From the human T2T-CHM13v2.0 reference genome, Homo sapiens: a stretch of DNA of 64,000 bases. How positions within the stretch are numbered: the stretch's first letter is position 1; every line of letters begins with the position of its first letter. Positions 42,301-57,817 of this stretch are shown here, one piece after another. The translations under genes and the position numbers were made by a program. Where the stretch lies: the NCBI RefSeq assembly GCF_009914755.1, contig NC_060940.1; one strand, 5' to 3'. The notes under the pieces were generated by a model that worked only from the letters and a program-made list of their open reading frames with translations, was not told the DNA's origin and made no database searches.

Positions 42301-44565
42301 TGATGATGATTCCATTTGATTCCATTCGGTGATTCCGTTCTATTCTATTCAATGGTGATTCCATTCGAGTACATTAGATGATTCCATTCGATTCCATTCA
42401 ATGATGATTCTATTTGTGTCCCTTAGATGATTCCGCATGATTCCATTAGATGATGATACTATTTGAGCCCATCCAATGATTCCCTTCGATTCCATTCGAT
42501 GAGGATTCCATTCGATTCAATTCATTGGTGATTCTATTCAATTCAATTCTTTGATTCCATTCCATTCCATTCGACAATGATTCCATTCGATTTCTTTCGA
42601 TGATTCCACTCGATTCCACTTGACATTGATTCCATTCGATTCCATTCAATGATTCCGTTTGATTCCAGTGGATGATGATTGCCATCGATTCCATTCGATC
42701 ACTCCATTCTATTCCATTTGATGATGATTACATTCGATTCCATTTGATGATTCCATCTGATTCTATTCGAGGATTCCATTTGATTCCATTCGATGATGAT
42801 TCCATTCGAGTCCATTCGATGATTTCATTCGAGTACATCCAATGATTCCATTCGAGTCCATTAGATGATTCCATTTGATTCCATTTGAAAATGATTCTAC
42901 TAGAGTCCATTCAATGACTCCATTCGAGTCCATTCAACAATTCCATTCGACTCCATTCGATGATTCCATTCGATTCCATTTGATGGTTCCATTCGAGTCC
43001 ATTTAATCATTACAGTCGAGTCCATTTGGTGATTCCACTGGATTTCTTTTGATAATGATACCATTCAATTACATTTGATGATGATCCCATTCAATTTCAT
43101 TTGATGATGATTCCATTAGAGTCCATTCGATGATTTCATTCGAGTCCCTTCATTGATTCCATCCGATTTCATTGGATGATGACTCCATTCGAGTCCATTC
43201 GATGATTCCACTCGATTCCATTAGATGACTCCATTGGAGTCCATTTGATTGTTCCATTCGATTCCATTCGATTCCTTTCGAAGATTATTCCATTTGAGTC
43301 CATTCGATGATGATTCCATTCCATTCCATTCGATGATTCCGTTTGATTCCATTCGATGATTCCCTTCGATTCCTTTCTTTGATGATTCCATTCCATTCCA
43401 TTCAATGATTCCATTCGAATCTATTCCATGATGATTCCTTTCGATTCCATTCGCTGATGTTTCCGTTCAATTCCATTCGATGATGATTCCATTCGATTCC
43501 ATTCATTGAGGATTCCATTTGATTCCATTCAATGATGATTCCATTCTATTCCATTCAATGATTGCATTCAATTCCATTCAATGATTATCCCCTTAGAGTA
43601 AACTCAACGATTCCATTCAATACCATTCGATGATGATTCCTTTTGAGTCCATTCAATGATTTCATTCAAGTCCATTTGATGATTCCTTTCAATTCCATTC
43701 TATGATGATTCCATTCGAGTCCATTCGATGATTCCATTCGATTGCATTCGATGATTCCATTATATTCCATTCAACAGTGATTCCATTCGAGTCAATTCCA
43801 TGATTCCATTAGAGTACATTTAATGATTGCTTTGTTTTCAATTCGAAGATGATTACATTGGATTCCATTCTATGATACCATTCGATTCCATTCAATGATG
43901 ATTCCACTCAAATCCATTGGATGATTCCATTCGTGTCCATTCGGTGATTTCATTACATTCCATTCGAGGATGATTCCATTCGATTCCATTCGATGATTCC
44001 ATTCAATTCCATTCGATGATGATTCCATTCCAGTCCATATGATCATTCCATTTGATTTCATTCGATGATGATTCCATTCGATTCGATTCGACGATTCCAT
44101 TCTATTCCATTCGATGATGATTCCATTCGAGTCCATTCGATGATTCCATTCGAGTCCATTTAATGATTCCATTGGGTTCAATTCAATGATGATTACATTG
44201 GATTCCGTTCTATGATTCCATTCAATTCCGTTCATTGACAATTTGATTCCATTCGATGATGATTCCATTTGAGTTCATTCGATGATTCTATTCGATTCTC
44301 TTCGATGGTGATTCAATTCTATTATATTGGATGATTCCATTCGATTCCATTTGATGTTGATTCAATTCGATTCTATTCGATGATGATTCCATTGGATTTC
44401 ACTTGATGATTCTATTCGATTCCATTCAATGATGATTCACTTCTCGTCCATTGGATGATTCCATTTCATTCCATTCGATGATGATTCCATTCGATTCCAT
44501 TCGATGATTCCATTTGATTCCATGCGACGGTGAGCAATTCGATTCAATTCCATGATGATTCTATT

Positions 44566-44576
44566 TGATTCAATTA
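44566..44576 (-). promoter_or_regulatory. Putative DUX4 binding motif TAATTGAATCA
   Basis: Homologous intact copy. Confidence 0.6.
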
Positions 44577-47500
44577 GATGATGTTTCCATTCGAATCCAT
44601 TCCATGATTATTCCATTGGAATCCATTCGGCGATGATTCCATATGAGTCAATTCAATGATGATTCCATATGGGTCCGTTCGATGATAATTCCATTTGATT
44701 TCATTCGATGCTTCTATTCTATTCCAGTCGATGATGATTCCGTTGGAGTCCATACGATGATTCCATTTGATTTCATTTGATGATGATTCCATTCGATGAT
44801 GATTACATTGGATTCCATTCTATGATTCCATTCAATTCCATTCGTTGATGATTCGATTCCATTCAATGATGATTCCATTTGAGTTCATTCGATGATTCTA
44901 TTCGATTCCGTTCGATGGTGATTCAATTCTATTATATTGGATGATTCCACTCGATTCCATTTGATGATTATTCCATTGGAGTCCACTTAGTGAATCCTTT
45001 AGATTCTACTCGACGATGATTCCATTCGAGTCCATTCGATGATACCATTCAATTCCATTCGTTGATGCTTCCATTCAAGTGCATTCGATGATATCATTCG
45101 ATTCCATTTGATGATAATTCCATTTGATTCCATGCGATGATTCTATTCGATTCCATTCAATGATAATTCCATTCAATTCAGTGATTCCTCTGGACTCCAT
45201 TTGATGATGATTCCATTCAATGATTCCATTCGATTCTATTCGAAAATGATTCCATTTGAATCCATTTGATGATGATTCCATTAGATTCCATTTGATGATT
45301 CCATTCGATTCCATTCGACGATGATTCCATTCGATTCCGTTTGATGATTCCATTCTATTCTATTCGATGATGATTCCATTCGATTCCATTCGATGATGAT
45401 TGGATTCGATTCCATTGGATGATTTCATTTGATTCCATTCGTTAATGATTTCGATCAATTCCATTCGATGATTCCATTCGATTCCATTCGATAATGATTA
45501 CATCCGAGTCCATTCGATGATTCCCTTTGAGCCTGTTCGATAATTCCATTTGAGTCCAACCTATGATTCCATTCATTTCCATTCAATGATTCCATTCGAG
45601 TCCATTTGATCATTCCGGTAGGGTCCATTCGATGTTGATTCCATTGGAGTGCATTCGATGATTCCATTCGAGTCCATTTTAGGATTTGATTCGAGTCCTT
45701 TCGATGATTCCATTCGATTCCACTCGATGATGATTTCATTCGAGTCCATTCGACACTTCCAATCGATTCCATTTGATGATTCCATTCGAGTCCAATTGAT
45801 GATTCCATTCAATTCCATTCGATGATGATTCCGTACGATTCCATTCTGTGATGATTCCATGTGATTGCATTCAATGATGATTCCTTTCGATTGCATTCGA
45901 TTATGATTCATTTCGTGTTCATTCTATGGTTCCACAGGTTTCCATTCGTGTCCATTCCATTATTCCATTCTATTCCATTTGATGATGATTCCATTCGATT
46001 CCATTCATTGGTGATTCCACTCAATTCCATTCAATGATTCCATTCCATTTCTTTCAACAATGATTCCATTAGTTTCTAATCGATGATCCACTTGATTCCA
46101 TTTGACGACGATTCCATTCTTGTCCATTCGATGATTCCATTTGATTCCATATGATGATGATTCCATTCGATTCCATACCATGATGATTCCATTCGAGTCC
46201 ATTCAATGGTGATTCCATTCAATTCCATTCGATGATTCCTTTTGATTCCATTCGATGATGATGGCATTCGATTCCTTTCAATCATTCCCTTTGATTCCAT
46301 TCAAAGGTGATTTCATTCAAGTCCATTCGATAATTGCATTCGATTCCATTCTATGATGATTCCATTCGAGTCCATTTGATGATTCCATTCAATTCAAGTC
46401 AATGATGATTCCATTCGATTCCATTCGATGATTCCATTGGATTCCATTCGATGATGATTCCATTCAAATCCATTCGATAATTCAATTCAAGTCCATTCGA
46501 TGATGATTCCAATCGAATCCATTCAAAGATTCCATTCAGTTCCATTCGATGATTCCCTTAGATTCCATTCGATGATTCCACTTGATTGCATTTACGATGA
46601 TTCCATTCGATTCCATGTGATGATTCCATTCAATTCTATTCAATGATGTCTCCATTTGATTCCATTCGACCATGATTGCCTTTGATTCCATTCAATGATT
46701 CCATTCGGTTCCGTTTGATGATGATTCCGTTCGATTCCATTTGATGATTCCATTTGATTCCATTGGATGAGTCCATTCGATTACATTCGATGATTATTCC
46801 ATTCGAGTGCATTAGATGATTCCATTCGAGTCCATTCGATGATTCCATTCGATTCCATTCGATGTTGATTCTGTTCAAATCCATTCGATGATTCCACTCG
46901 ATTCCATTCGTTGACTCCATTTGATCCCATTCGATGATTTCCTTTGATTCCCTTTGATGATCATTCCATTTGATTCAATTCGGTGATTTCATTTGATTCC
47001 ATTCAGTGATGTTTCCATTCGACTCCATTCGATGATGATTCCATTCGACTCCATTCGATTATGATTTCATTCAATTCCATTCGATAATGATTCCCTTCGA
47101 GTCCATTCGATGATTCCATTCGATTCCATTCAACGATGATTTGATTCGTGTCCATTCGATGATTCCATTTGATTCCACTTGATGATGATTCCATTCGAGT
47201 CCATTTGATGATTCCATTCAATTCCATACTCCGATGATTTCTTTTGAGCCCACTCAATGCTTCCACTCGATTCCATATGATGATGACTCCATTCGATGAA
47301 ATTCGATGATGATTCCATTCGCTTGCTTTCGATGATGATTCCACTTGAGTCCGTTAGAAGATTCTATTCAATTACATTCCATGACGATTCCGTTCGAGTC
47401 CATTTGATGATTCCATTAGACTCCATTCGACGATGATTCCATTCGATGTTACTCGATGATTCCATTCGATCTCATTCGATGATGATTCCATTCAACTCCA

Positions 47501-50500
47501 TTCGATGTTTCCATTCGAGTTCATTCTATTATTCCATTAGATTCCATTCGATGATGATTCCATTCGATTCCATTTGATGATTGCATTCTATTTCATTTGA
47601 TGATGATTCCATTCGAGTCCACTCGATGATTCCATTCGAGTCCATTTAATGAATCCATTGGTTTCAATTCTATGATGATTACATTGGATTCCATTCGTTG
47701 ATGATTTCATTCGGTTCCATTCAATGATGATTCCATTCAATTCCTTTCAATGTTTCCATTCAATTCCATACGATGATGATTCCATTTGATTTGATTCGAC
47801 AGTGAGCCATTCGATTCAATTCCATGACGATTCTATTTGATTCAATTGGTTGACATTTCCATTCGATTCCATTCGATGATGATTCCCTTTGATTCCGTTC
47901 AAAGATGATTCCATTCTAGCCCATTCAATCATTCCATTCGATTCTATTCAATGATGATTCCATTCATGTCGATTTGGTGATTCCATTTGACTTCATTTGA
48001 TGATGATTCCTTTCAAGTTCATTAGATGATTCCATTCGATTCCATTTGATGATGATCCCATTCGAGTCCATTCAGTGATTCCATTCGTTTCCATTCCATG
48101 ATGATTCCATTCCTTTCCATTCAATGATTCCATTCGATTCCGTTTGATGATGATTTCATTCGAGTCCATTTGATGATTCCATTTGATTCCATTCGATGAT
48201 GATTCCATTCGAGTCCATTCGATGATTCTATTCGAATCCATTTGATGATTTCCTTTAATTATATTTGGTGATGATTCCATTGGAGTCCATTCAATGATTC
48301 CATTCTATTCCAATCGATGATGATTCCATTAGAGTCCATTTAATGATTCCATTTGATTCCAGTCTCTGATGATTACATTCGAGTCCATACGATGATTCCA
48401 CTCAATTCCATATGATGATGATTCCATTTGATTCCATTCGGTGATTCCGTTCTATTCTATTCAATGGTGATTCCATTCGAGTACATTAGATGATTCCATT
48501 CGATTCCATTCAATGATGATTCTATTTGTGTCCCTTAGATGATTCCGCATGATTCCATTAGATGATGATACTATTTGAGCCCATCCAATGATTCCCTTCG
48601 ATTCCATTCGATGAGGATTCCATTCGATTCAATTCATTGGTGATTCTATTCAATTCAATTCTTTGATTCCATTCCATTCCATTCGACAATGATTCCATTC
48701 GATTTCTTTCGATGATTCCACTCGATTCCACTTGACATTGATTCCATTCGATTCCATTCAATGATTCCGTTTGATTCCAGTGGATGATGATTGCCATCGA
48801 TTCCATTCGATCACTCCATTCTATTCCATTTGATGATGATTACATTCGATTCCATTTGATGATTCCATCTGATTCTATTCGAGGATTCCATTTGATTCCA
48901 TTCGATGATGATTCCATTCGAGTCCATTCGATGATTTCATTCGAGTACATCCAATGATTCCATTCGAGTCCATTAGATGATTCCATTTGATTCCATTTGA
49001 AAATGATTCTACTAGAGTCCATTCAATGACTCCATTCGAGTCCATTCAACAATTCCATTCGACTCCATTCGATGATTCCATTCGATTCCATTTGATGGTT
49101 CCATTCGAGTCCATTTAATCATTACAGTCGAGTCCATTTGGTGATTCCACTGGATTTCTTTTGATAATGATACCATTCAATTACATTTGATGATGATCCC
49201 ATTCAATTTCATTTGATGATGATTCCATTAGAGTCCATTCGATGATTTCATTCGAGTCCCTTCATTGATTCCATCCGATTTCATTGGATGATGACTCCAT
49301 TCGAGTCCATTCGATGATTCCACTCGATTCCATTAGATGACTCCATTGGAGTCCATTTGATTGTTCCATTCGATTCCATTCGATTCCTTTCGAAGATTAT
49401 TCCATTTGAGTCCATTCGATGATGATTCCATTCCATTCCATTCGATGATTCCGTTTGATTCCATTCGATGATTCCCTTCGATTCCTTTCTTTGATGATTC
49501 CATTCCATTCCATTCAATGATTCCATTCGAATCTATTCCATGATGATTCCTTTCGATTCCATTCGCTGATGTTTCCGTTCAATTCCATTCGATGATGATT
49601 CCATTCGATTCCATTCATTGAGGATTCCATTTGATTCCATTCAATGATGATTCCATTCTATTCCATTCAATGATTGCATTCAATTCCATTCAATGATTAT
49701 CCCCTTAGAGTAAACTCAACGATTCCATTCAATACCATTCGATGATGATTCCTTTTGAGTCCATTCAATGATTTCATTCAAGTCCATTTGATGATTCCTT
49801 TCAATTCCATTCTATGATGATTCCATTCGAGTCCATTCGATGATTCCATTCGATTGCATTCGATGATTCCATTATATTCCATTCAACAGTGATTCCATTC
49901 GAGTCAATTCCATGATTCCATTAGAGTACATTTAATGATTGCTTTGTTTTCAATTCGAAGATGATTACATTGGATTCCATTCTATGATACCATTCGATTC
50001 CATTCAATGATGATTCCACTCAAATCCATTGGATGATTCCATTCGTGTCCATTCGGTGATTTCATTACATTCCATTCGAGGATGATTCCATTCGATTCCA
50101 TTCGATGATTCCATTCAATTCCATTCGATGATGATTCCATTCCAGTCCATATGATCATTCCATTTGATTTCATTCGATGATGATTCCATTCGATTCGATT
50201 CGACGATTCCATTCTATTCCATTCGATGATGATTCCATTCGAGTCCATTCGATGATTCCATTCGAGTCCATTTAATGATTCCATTGGGTTCAATTCAATG
50301 ATGATTACATTGGATTCCGTTCTATGATTCCATTCAATTCCGTTCATTGACAATTTGATTCCATTCGATGATGATTCCATTTGAGTTCATTCGATGATTC
50401 TATTCGATTCTCTTCGATGGTGATTCAATTCTATTATATTGGATGATTCCATTCGATTCCATTTGATGTTGATTCAATTCGATTCTATTCGATGATGATT

Positions 50501-50677
50501 CCATTGGATTTCACTTGATGATTCTATTCGATTCCATTCAATGATGATTCACTTCTCGTCCATTGGATGATTCCATTTCATTCCATTCGATGATGATTCC
50601 ATTCGATTCCATTCGATGATTCCATTTGATTCCATGCGACGGTGAGCAATTCGATTCAATTCCATGATGATTCTATT

Positions 50678-50688
50678 TGATTCAATTA
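50678..50688 (-). promoter_or_regulatory. Putative DUX4 binding motif TAATTGAATCA
   Basis: Homologous intact copy. Confidence 0.6.
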
Positions 50689-51728
50689 GATGATGTTTCC
50701 ATTCGAATCCATTCCATGATTATTCCATTGGAATCCATTCGGCGATGATTCCATATGAGTCAATTCAATGATGATTCCATATGGGTCCGTTCGATGATAA
50801 TTCCATTTGATTTCATTCGATGCTTCTATTCTATTCCAGTCGATGATGATTCCGTTGGAGTCCATACGATGATTCCATTTGATTTCATTTGATGATGATT
50901 CCATTCGATGATGATTACATTGGATTCCATTCTATGATTCCATTCAATTCCATTCGTTGATGATTCGATTCCATTCAATGATGATTCCATTTGAGTTCAT
51001 TCGATGATTCTATTCGATTCCGTTCGATGGTGATTCAATTCTATTATATTGGATGATTCCACTCGATTCCATTTGATGATTATTCCATTGGAGTCCACTT
51101 AGTGAATCCTTTAGATTCTACTCGACGATGATTCCATTCGAGTCCATTCGATGATACCATTCAATTCCATTCGTTGATGCTTCCATTCAAGTGCATTCGA
51201 TGATATCATTCGATTCCATTTGATGATAATTCCATTTGATTCCATGCGATGATTCTATTCGATTCCATTCAATGATAATTCCATTCAATTCAGTGATTCC
51301 TCTGGACTCCATTTGATGATGATTCCATTCAATGATTCCATTCGATTCTATTCGAAAATGATTCCATTTGAATCCATTTGATGATGATTCCATTAGATTC
51401 CATTTGATGATTCCATTCGATTCCATTCGACGATGATTCCATTCGATTCCGTTTGATGATTCCATTCTATTCTATTCGATGATGATTCCATTCGATTCCA
51501 TTCGATGATGATTGGATTCGATTCCATTGGATGATTTCATTTGATTCCATTCGTTAATGATTTCGATCAATTCCATTCGATGATTCCATTCGATTCCATT
51601 CGATAATGATTACATCCGAGTCCATTCGATGATTCCCTTTGAGCCTGTTCGATAATTCCATTTGAGTCCAACCAATGATTCCATTCATTTCCATTCAATG
51701 ATTCCATTCGAGTCCATTTGATCATTCC

Positions 51729-54700
51729 GGTAGGGTCCATTCGATGTTGATTCCATTGGAGTGCATTCGATGATTCCATTCGAGTCCATTTTAGGATTTG
51801 ATTCGAGTCCTTTCGATGATTCCATTCGATTCCACTCGATGATGATTTCATTCGAGTCCATTCGACACTTCCAATCGATTCCATTTGATGATTCCATTCG
51901 AGTCCAATTGATGATTCCATTCAATTCCATTCGATGATGATTCCGTACGATTCCATTCTGTGATGATTCCATGTGATTGCATTCAATGATGATTCCTTTC
52001 GATTGCATTCGATTATGATTCATTTCGTGTTCATTCTATGGTTCCACAGGTTTCCATTCGTGTCCATTCCATTATTCCATTCTATTCCATTTGATGATGA
52101 TTCCATTCGATTCCATTCATTGGTGATTCCACTCAATTCCATTCAATGATTCCATTCCATTTCTTTCAACAATGATTCCATTAGTTTCTAATCGATGATC
52201 CACTTGATTCCATTTGACGACGATTCCATTCTTGTCCATTCGATGATTCCATTTGATTCCATATGATGATGATTCCATTCGATTCCATACCATGATGATT
52301 CCATTCGAGTCCATTCAATGGTGATTCCATTCAATTCCATTCGATGATTCCTTTTGATTCCATTCGATGATGATGGCATTCGATTCCTTTCAATCATTCC
52401 CTTTGATTCCATTCAAAGGTGATTTCATTCAAGTCCATTCGATAATTGCATTCGATTCCATTCTATGATGATTCCATTCGAGTCCATTTGATGATTCCAT
52501 TCAATTCAAGTCAATGATGATTCCATTCGATTCCATTCGATGATTCCATTGGATTCCATTCGATGATGATTCCATTCAAATCCATTCGATAATTCAATTC
52601 AAGTCCATTCGATGATGATTCCAATCGAATCCATTCAAAGATTCCATTCAGTTCCATTCGATGATTCCCTTAGATTCCATTCGATGATTCCACTTGATTG
52701 CATTTACGATGATTCCATTCGATTCCATGTGATGATTCCATTCAATTCTATTCAATGATGTCTCCATTTGATTCCATTCGACCATGATTGCCTTTGATTC
52801 CATTCAATGATTCCATTCGGTTCCGTTTGATGATGATTCCGTTCGATTCCATTTGATGATTCCATTTGATTCCATTGGATGAGTCCATTCGATTACATTC
52901 GATGATTATTCCATTCGAGTGCATTAGATGATTCCATTCGAGTCCATTCGATGATTCCATTCGATTCCATTCGATGTTGATTCTGTTCAAATCCATTCGA
53001 TGATTCCACTCGATTCCATTCGTTGACTCCATTTGATCCCATTCGATGATTTCCTTTGATTCCCTTTGATGATCATTCCATTTGATTCAATTCGGTGATT
53101 TCATTTGATTCCATTCAGTGATGTTTCCATTCGACTCCATTCGATGATGATTCCATTCGACTCCATTCGATTATGATTTCATTCAATTCCATTCGATAAT
53201 GATTCCCTTCGAGTCCATTCGATGATTCCATTCGATTCCATTCAACGATGATTTGATTCGTGTCCATTCGATGATTCCATTTGATTCCACTTGATGATGA
53301 TTCCATTCGAGTCCATTTGATGATTCCATTCAATTCCATACTCCGATGATTTCTTTTGAGCCCACTCAATGCTTCCACTCGATTCCATATGATGATGACT
53401 CCATTCGATGAAATTCGATGATGATTCCATTCGCTTGCTTTCGATGATGATTCCACTTGAGTCCGTTAGAAGATTCTATTCAATTACATTCCATGACGAT
53501 TCCGTTCGAGTCCATTTGATGATTCCATTAGACTCCATTCGACGATGATTCCATTCGATGTTATTCGATGATTCCATTCGATCTCATTCGATGATGATTC
53601 CATTCAACTCCATTCGATGTTTCCATTCGAGTTCATTCTATTATTCCATTAGATTCCATTCGATGATGATTCCATTCGATTCCATTTGATGATTGCATTC
53701 TATTTCATTTGATGATGATTCCATTCGAGTCCACTCGATGATTCCATTCGAGTCCATTTAATGAATCCATTGGTTTCAATTCTATGATGATTACATTGGA
53801 TTCCATTCGTTGATGATTTCATTCGGTTCCATTCAATGATGATTCCATTCAATTCCTTTCAATGTTTCCATTCAATTCCATACGATGATGATTCCATTTG
53901 ATTTGATTCGACAGTGAGCCATTCGATTCAATTCCATGATGATTCTATTTGATTCAATTGGTTGACATTTCCATTCGATTCCATTCGATGATGATTCCCT
54001 TTGATTCCGTTCAAAGATGATTCCATTCTAGCCCATTCAATCATTCCATTCGATTCTATTCAATGATGATTCCATTCATGTCGATTTGGTGATTCCATTT
54101 GACTTCATTTGATGATGATTCCTTTCAAGTTCATTAGATGATTCCATTCGATTCCATTTGATGATGATCCCATTCGAGTCCATTCAGTGATTCCATTCGT
54201 TTCCATTCCATGATGATTCCATTCCTTTCCATTCAATGATTCCATTCGATTCCGTTTGATGATGATTTCATTCGAGTCCATTTGATGATTCCATTTGATT
54301 CCATTCGATGATGATTCCATTCGAGTCCATTCGATGATTCTATTCGAATCCATTTGATGATTTCTTTTGATTATATTTGGTGATGATTCCATTGGAGTCC
54401 ATTCAATGATTCCATTCTATTCCAATCGATGATGATTCCATTAGAGTCCATTTAATGATTCCATTTGATTCCAGTCTCTGATGATTACATTCGAGTCCAT
54501 ACGATGATTCCACTCAATTCCATATGATGATGATTCCATTTGATTCCATTCGGTGATTCCATTCTATTCTATTCAATGGTGATTCCATTCGAGTACATTA
54601 GATGATTCCATTCGATTCCATTCAATGATGATTCTATTTGTGTCCCTTAGATGATTCCACATGATTCCATTAGATGATGATACTATTTGAGCCCATCCAA

Positions 54701-57700
54701 TGATTCCCTTCGATTCCATTCGATGAGGATTCCATTCGATTCAATTCATTGGTGATTCTATTCAATTCAATTCTTTGATTCCATTCCATTCCATTCGACA
54801 ATGATTCCATTCGATTTCTTTCGATGATTCCACTCGATTCCACTTGACATTGATTCCATTCGATTCCATTCAATGATTCCATTTGATTCCAGTGGATGAT
54901 GATTGCCATCGATTCCATTCGATCACTCCATTCTATTCCATTTGATGATGATTACATTCGATTCCATTTGATGATTCCATCTGATTCTATTCGAGGATTC
55001 CATTTGATTCCATTCGATGATGATTCCATTCGAGTCCATTCGATGATTTCATTCGAGTACATCCAATGATTCCATTCGAGTCCATTAGATGATTCCATTT
55101 GATTCCATTTGAAAATGATTCTACTAGAGTCCATTCAATGACTCCATTCGAGTCCATTCAACAATTCCATTCGACTCCATTCGATGATTCCATTCGATTC
55201 CATTTGATGGTTCCATTCGAGTCCATTTGGTGATTCCACCGGATTTCTTTTGATAATGATATCATTCAATTACATTTGATGATGATCCCATTCAATTTCA
55301 TTTGATGATGACTCCATTAGAGTCCATTCGATGATTTCATTCGAGTCCCTTCATTGATTCCATCCGATTTCATTGGATGATGACTCCATTCGAGTCCATT
55401 CGATGATTCCACTCGATTCCATTAGATGATTCCATTGGAGTCCATTTGATTGTTCCATTCGATTCCATTCGATTCCTTTCGAAGATTATTCCATTTGAGT
55501 CCATTCGATGATGATTCCATTCCATTCCATTCGATGATTCCGTTTGATTCCATTCGATGATTCCCTTTGATTCCTTTCTTTGATGATTCCATTCCATTCC
55601 ATTCAATGATTCCATTCGAATCTATTCCATGATGATTCCTTTCGATTCCATTCGCTGATGTTTCCGTTCAATTCCATTCGGTGATGATTCCATTCGATTC
55701 CATTCATTGAGGATTCCATTTGATTCCATTCAATGATGATTCCATTCTATTCCATTCAATGATTGCATTCAATTCCATTCAATGATTATCCCCTTAGAGT
55801 AAACTCAACGATTCCATTCAATACCATTCGATGATGATTCCTTTTGAGTCCATTCAATGATTTCATTCAAGTCCATTTGATGATTCCTTTCAATTCCATT
55901 CTATGATGATTCCATTCGAGTCCATTCGATGATTCCATTCGATTGCATTCGATTATTCCATTATATTCCAGTCAATGATGATTCCATTCGAGTCCATTCG
56001 ATGATTCCATTAGAGTACATTTAATGATTGCTTTGTTTTCAATTCGAAGATGATTACATTGGATTCCATTCTATGATACCATTCGATTCCATTCAATGAT
56101 GATTCCACTCAAATCCATTGGATGATTCCATTCGTGTCCATTCGGTGATTTCATTAGATTCCATTCGAGGATGATTCCATTCGATTCCATTCGATGATTC
56201 CATTCAATTCCATTCGATGAAGATTCCATTCCAGTCCATATGATCATTCCATTTGATTTCATTCGATGATGATTCCATTCGATTCCATTCGATGATTCCA
56301 TTCTATTCCATTCGATGATGATTCCATTGGAGTCCATTCGATGATTGCATTCGAGTCCATTTAATGATTCCATTGGGTTCAATTCAATGATGATTACATT
56401 GGATTCCGTTCTATGATTCCATTCAATTCCGTTCATTGACAATTTGATTCCATTCGATGATGATTCCGTTTGAGTTCATTCGATGATTCTATTCGATTCT
56501 CTTCGATGGTGATTCAATTCTATTATATTGGATGATTCCATTCGATTCCATTTGATGTTGATTCAATTCGATTCTATTCGATGATGATTCCATTGGATTT
56601 CACTTGATGATTCTATTCGATTCCATTCAATGATGATTCACTTCTCGTCCATTGGATGATTCCATTTCATTCCATTCGATGATGATTCCATTCGATTCCA
56701 TTCGATGATTCCATTTGATTCCATGCGACGGTGAGCAACTCGATTCAATTCCATGATGATTCTATTTGATTCAATTAGATGATGTTTCCATTCGAATCCA
56801 TTCCATGATTATTCCATTGGAATCCATTTGGTGATGATTCCATATGAGTCAATTCAATGATGATTCCATATGGGTCCGTTCGATGATAATTCCATTTGAT
56901 TTCATTCGATGCTTCTATTCTATTCCAGTCGATGATGATTCCGTTGGAGTCCATACGATGATTCCATTTGATTTCATTTGATGATGATTCCATTCGATGA
57001 TGATTACATTGGATTCCATTCTATGATTCCATTCAATTCCATTCGTTGATGATTCGATTCCATTCAATGATGATTCCATTTGAGTTCATTCGATGATTCT
57101 ATTCGATTCCGTTCGATGGTGATTCAATTCTCTTATATTGGATGAATCCACTCGATTCCATTTGATGATTATTCCATTGGAGTCCACTTAGTGAATCCTT
57201 TAGATTCTACTCGAAGATGATTCCATTCGAGTCCATTCAATGATACCATTCAATTTCATTCGTTGATGCTTCCATTCAAGTGCATTCGATGATATCATTC
57301 GATTCCATTTGATGATAATTCCATTTGATTCCATGCGATGATTCTATTCGATTCCATTCAATGATAATTCCATCCAATTCAGTGATTCCTCTGGACTCCA
57401 TTTGATGATGATTCCATTCAATGATTCCATTCGATTCTATTCCAAAATGATTCCATTTGAATCCATTTGATGATGATTCCATTAGATTCCATTTGATGAT
57501 TCCATTCGATTCCATTTGACGATGATTCCATTCGATTCCATTTGATGATTCCATTCTATTCTATTCGATGATGATTCCATTCGATTCCATTTGATGATGA
57601 TTGGATTCGATTCCATTTGATGATTTCATTTGATTCCATTCGTTAATGATTTCGATCAACTCCATTCGATGATTCCATTTGATTCCATTCGATAATGATT

Positions 57701-57817
57701 ACATCCGAGTCCATTCGATGATTCCATTTGAGCCCGTTCGATAATTCCATTTGAGTCCAATCAATGATTCCATTCATTTCCATTCAATGATTCCATTCGA
57801 GTCCATTTGATCATTCT
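51729..57817 (+). repeat. 6089-bp unit (unit 10) with a 23-bp deletion
   Basis: Spacing 6089; AATCATTACAGTCGAGTCCATTT is missing at the 55217-55228 junction. Confidence 0.9.
56767..56777 (-). promoter_or_regulatory. Putative DUX4 binding motif TAATTGAATCA
   Basis: Homologous intact copy. Confidence 0.6.

Larger units (their letters stand above)
33393..51728 (+). repeat. Three tandem, highly homogeneous 6112-bp units (units 7-9)
   Basis: Landmarks 33393, 39505, 45617, 51729 spaced exactly 6112; nearly identical ORF translations. Confidence 0.94.
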
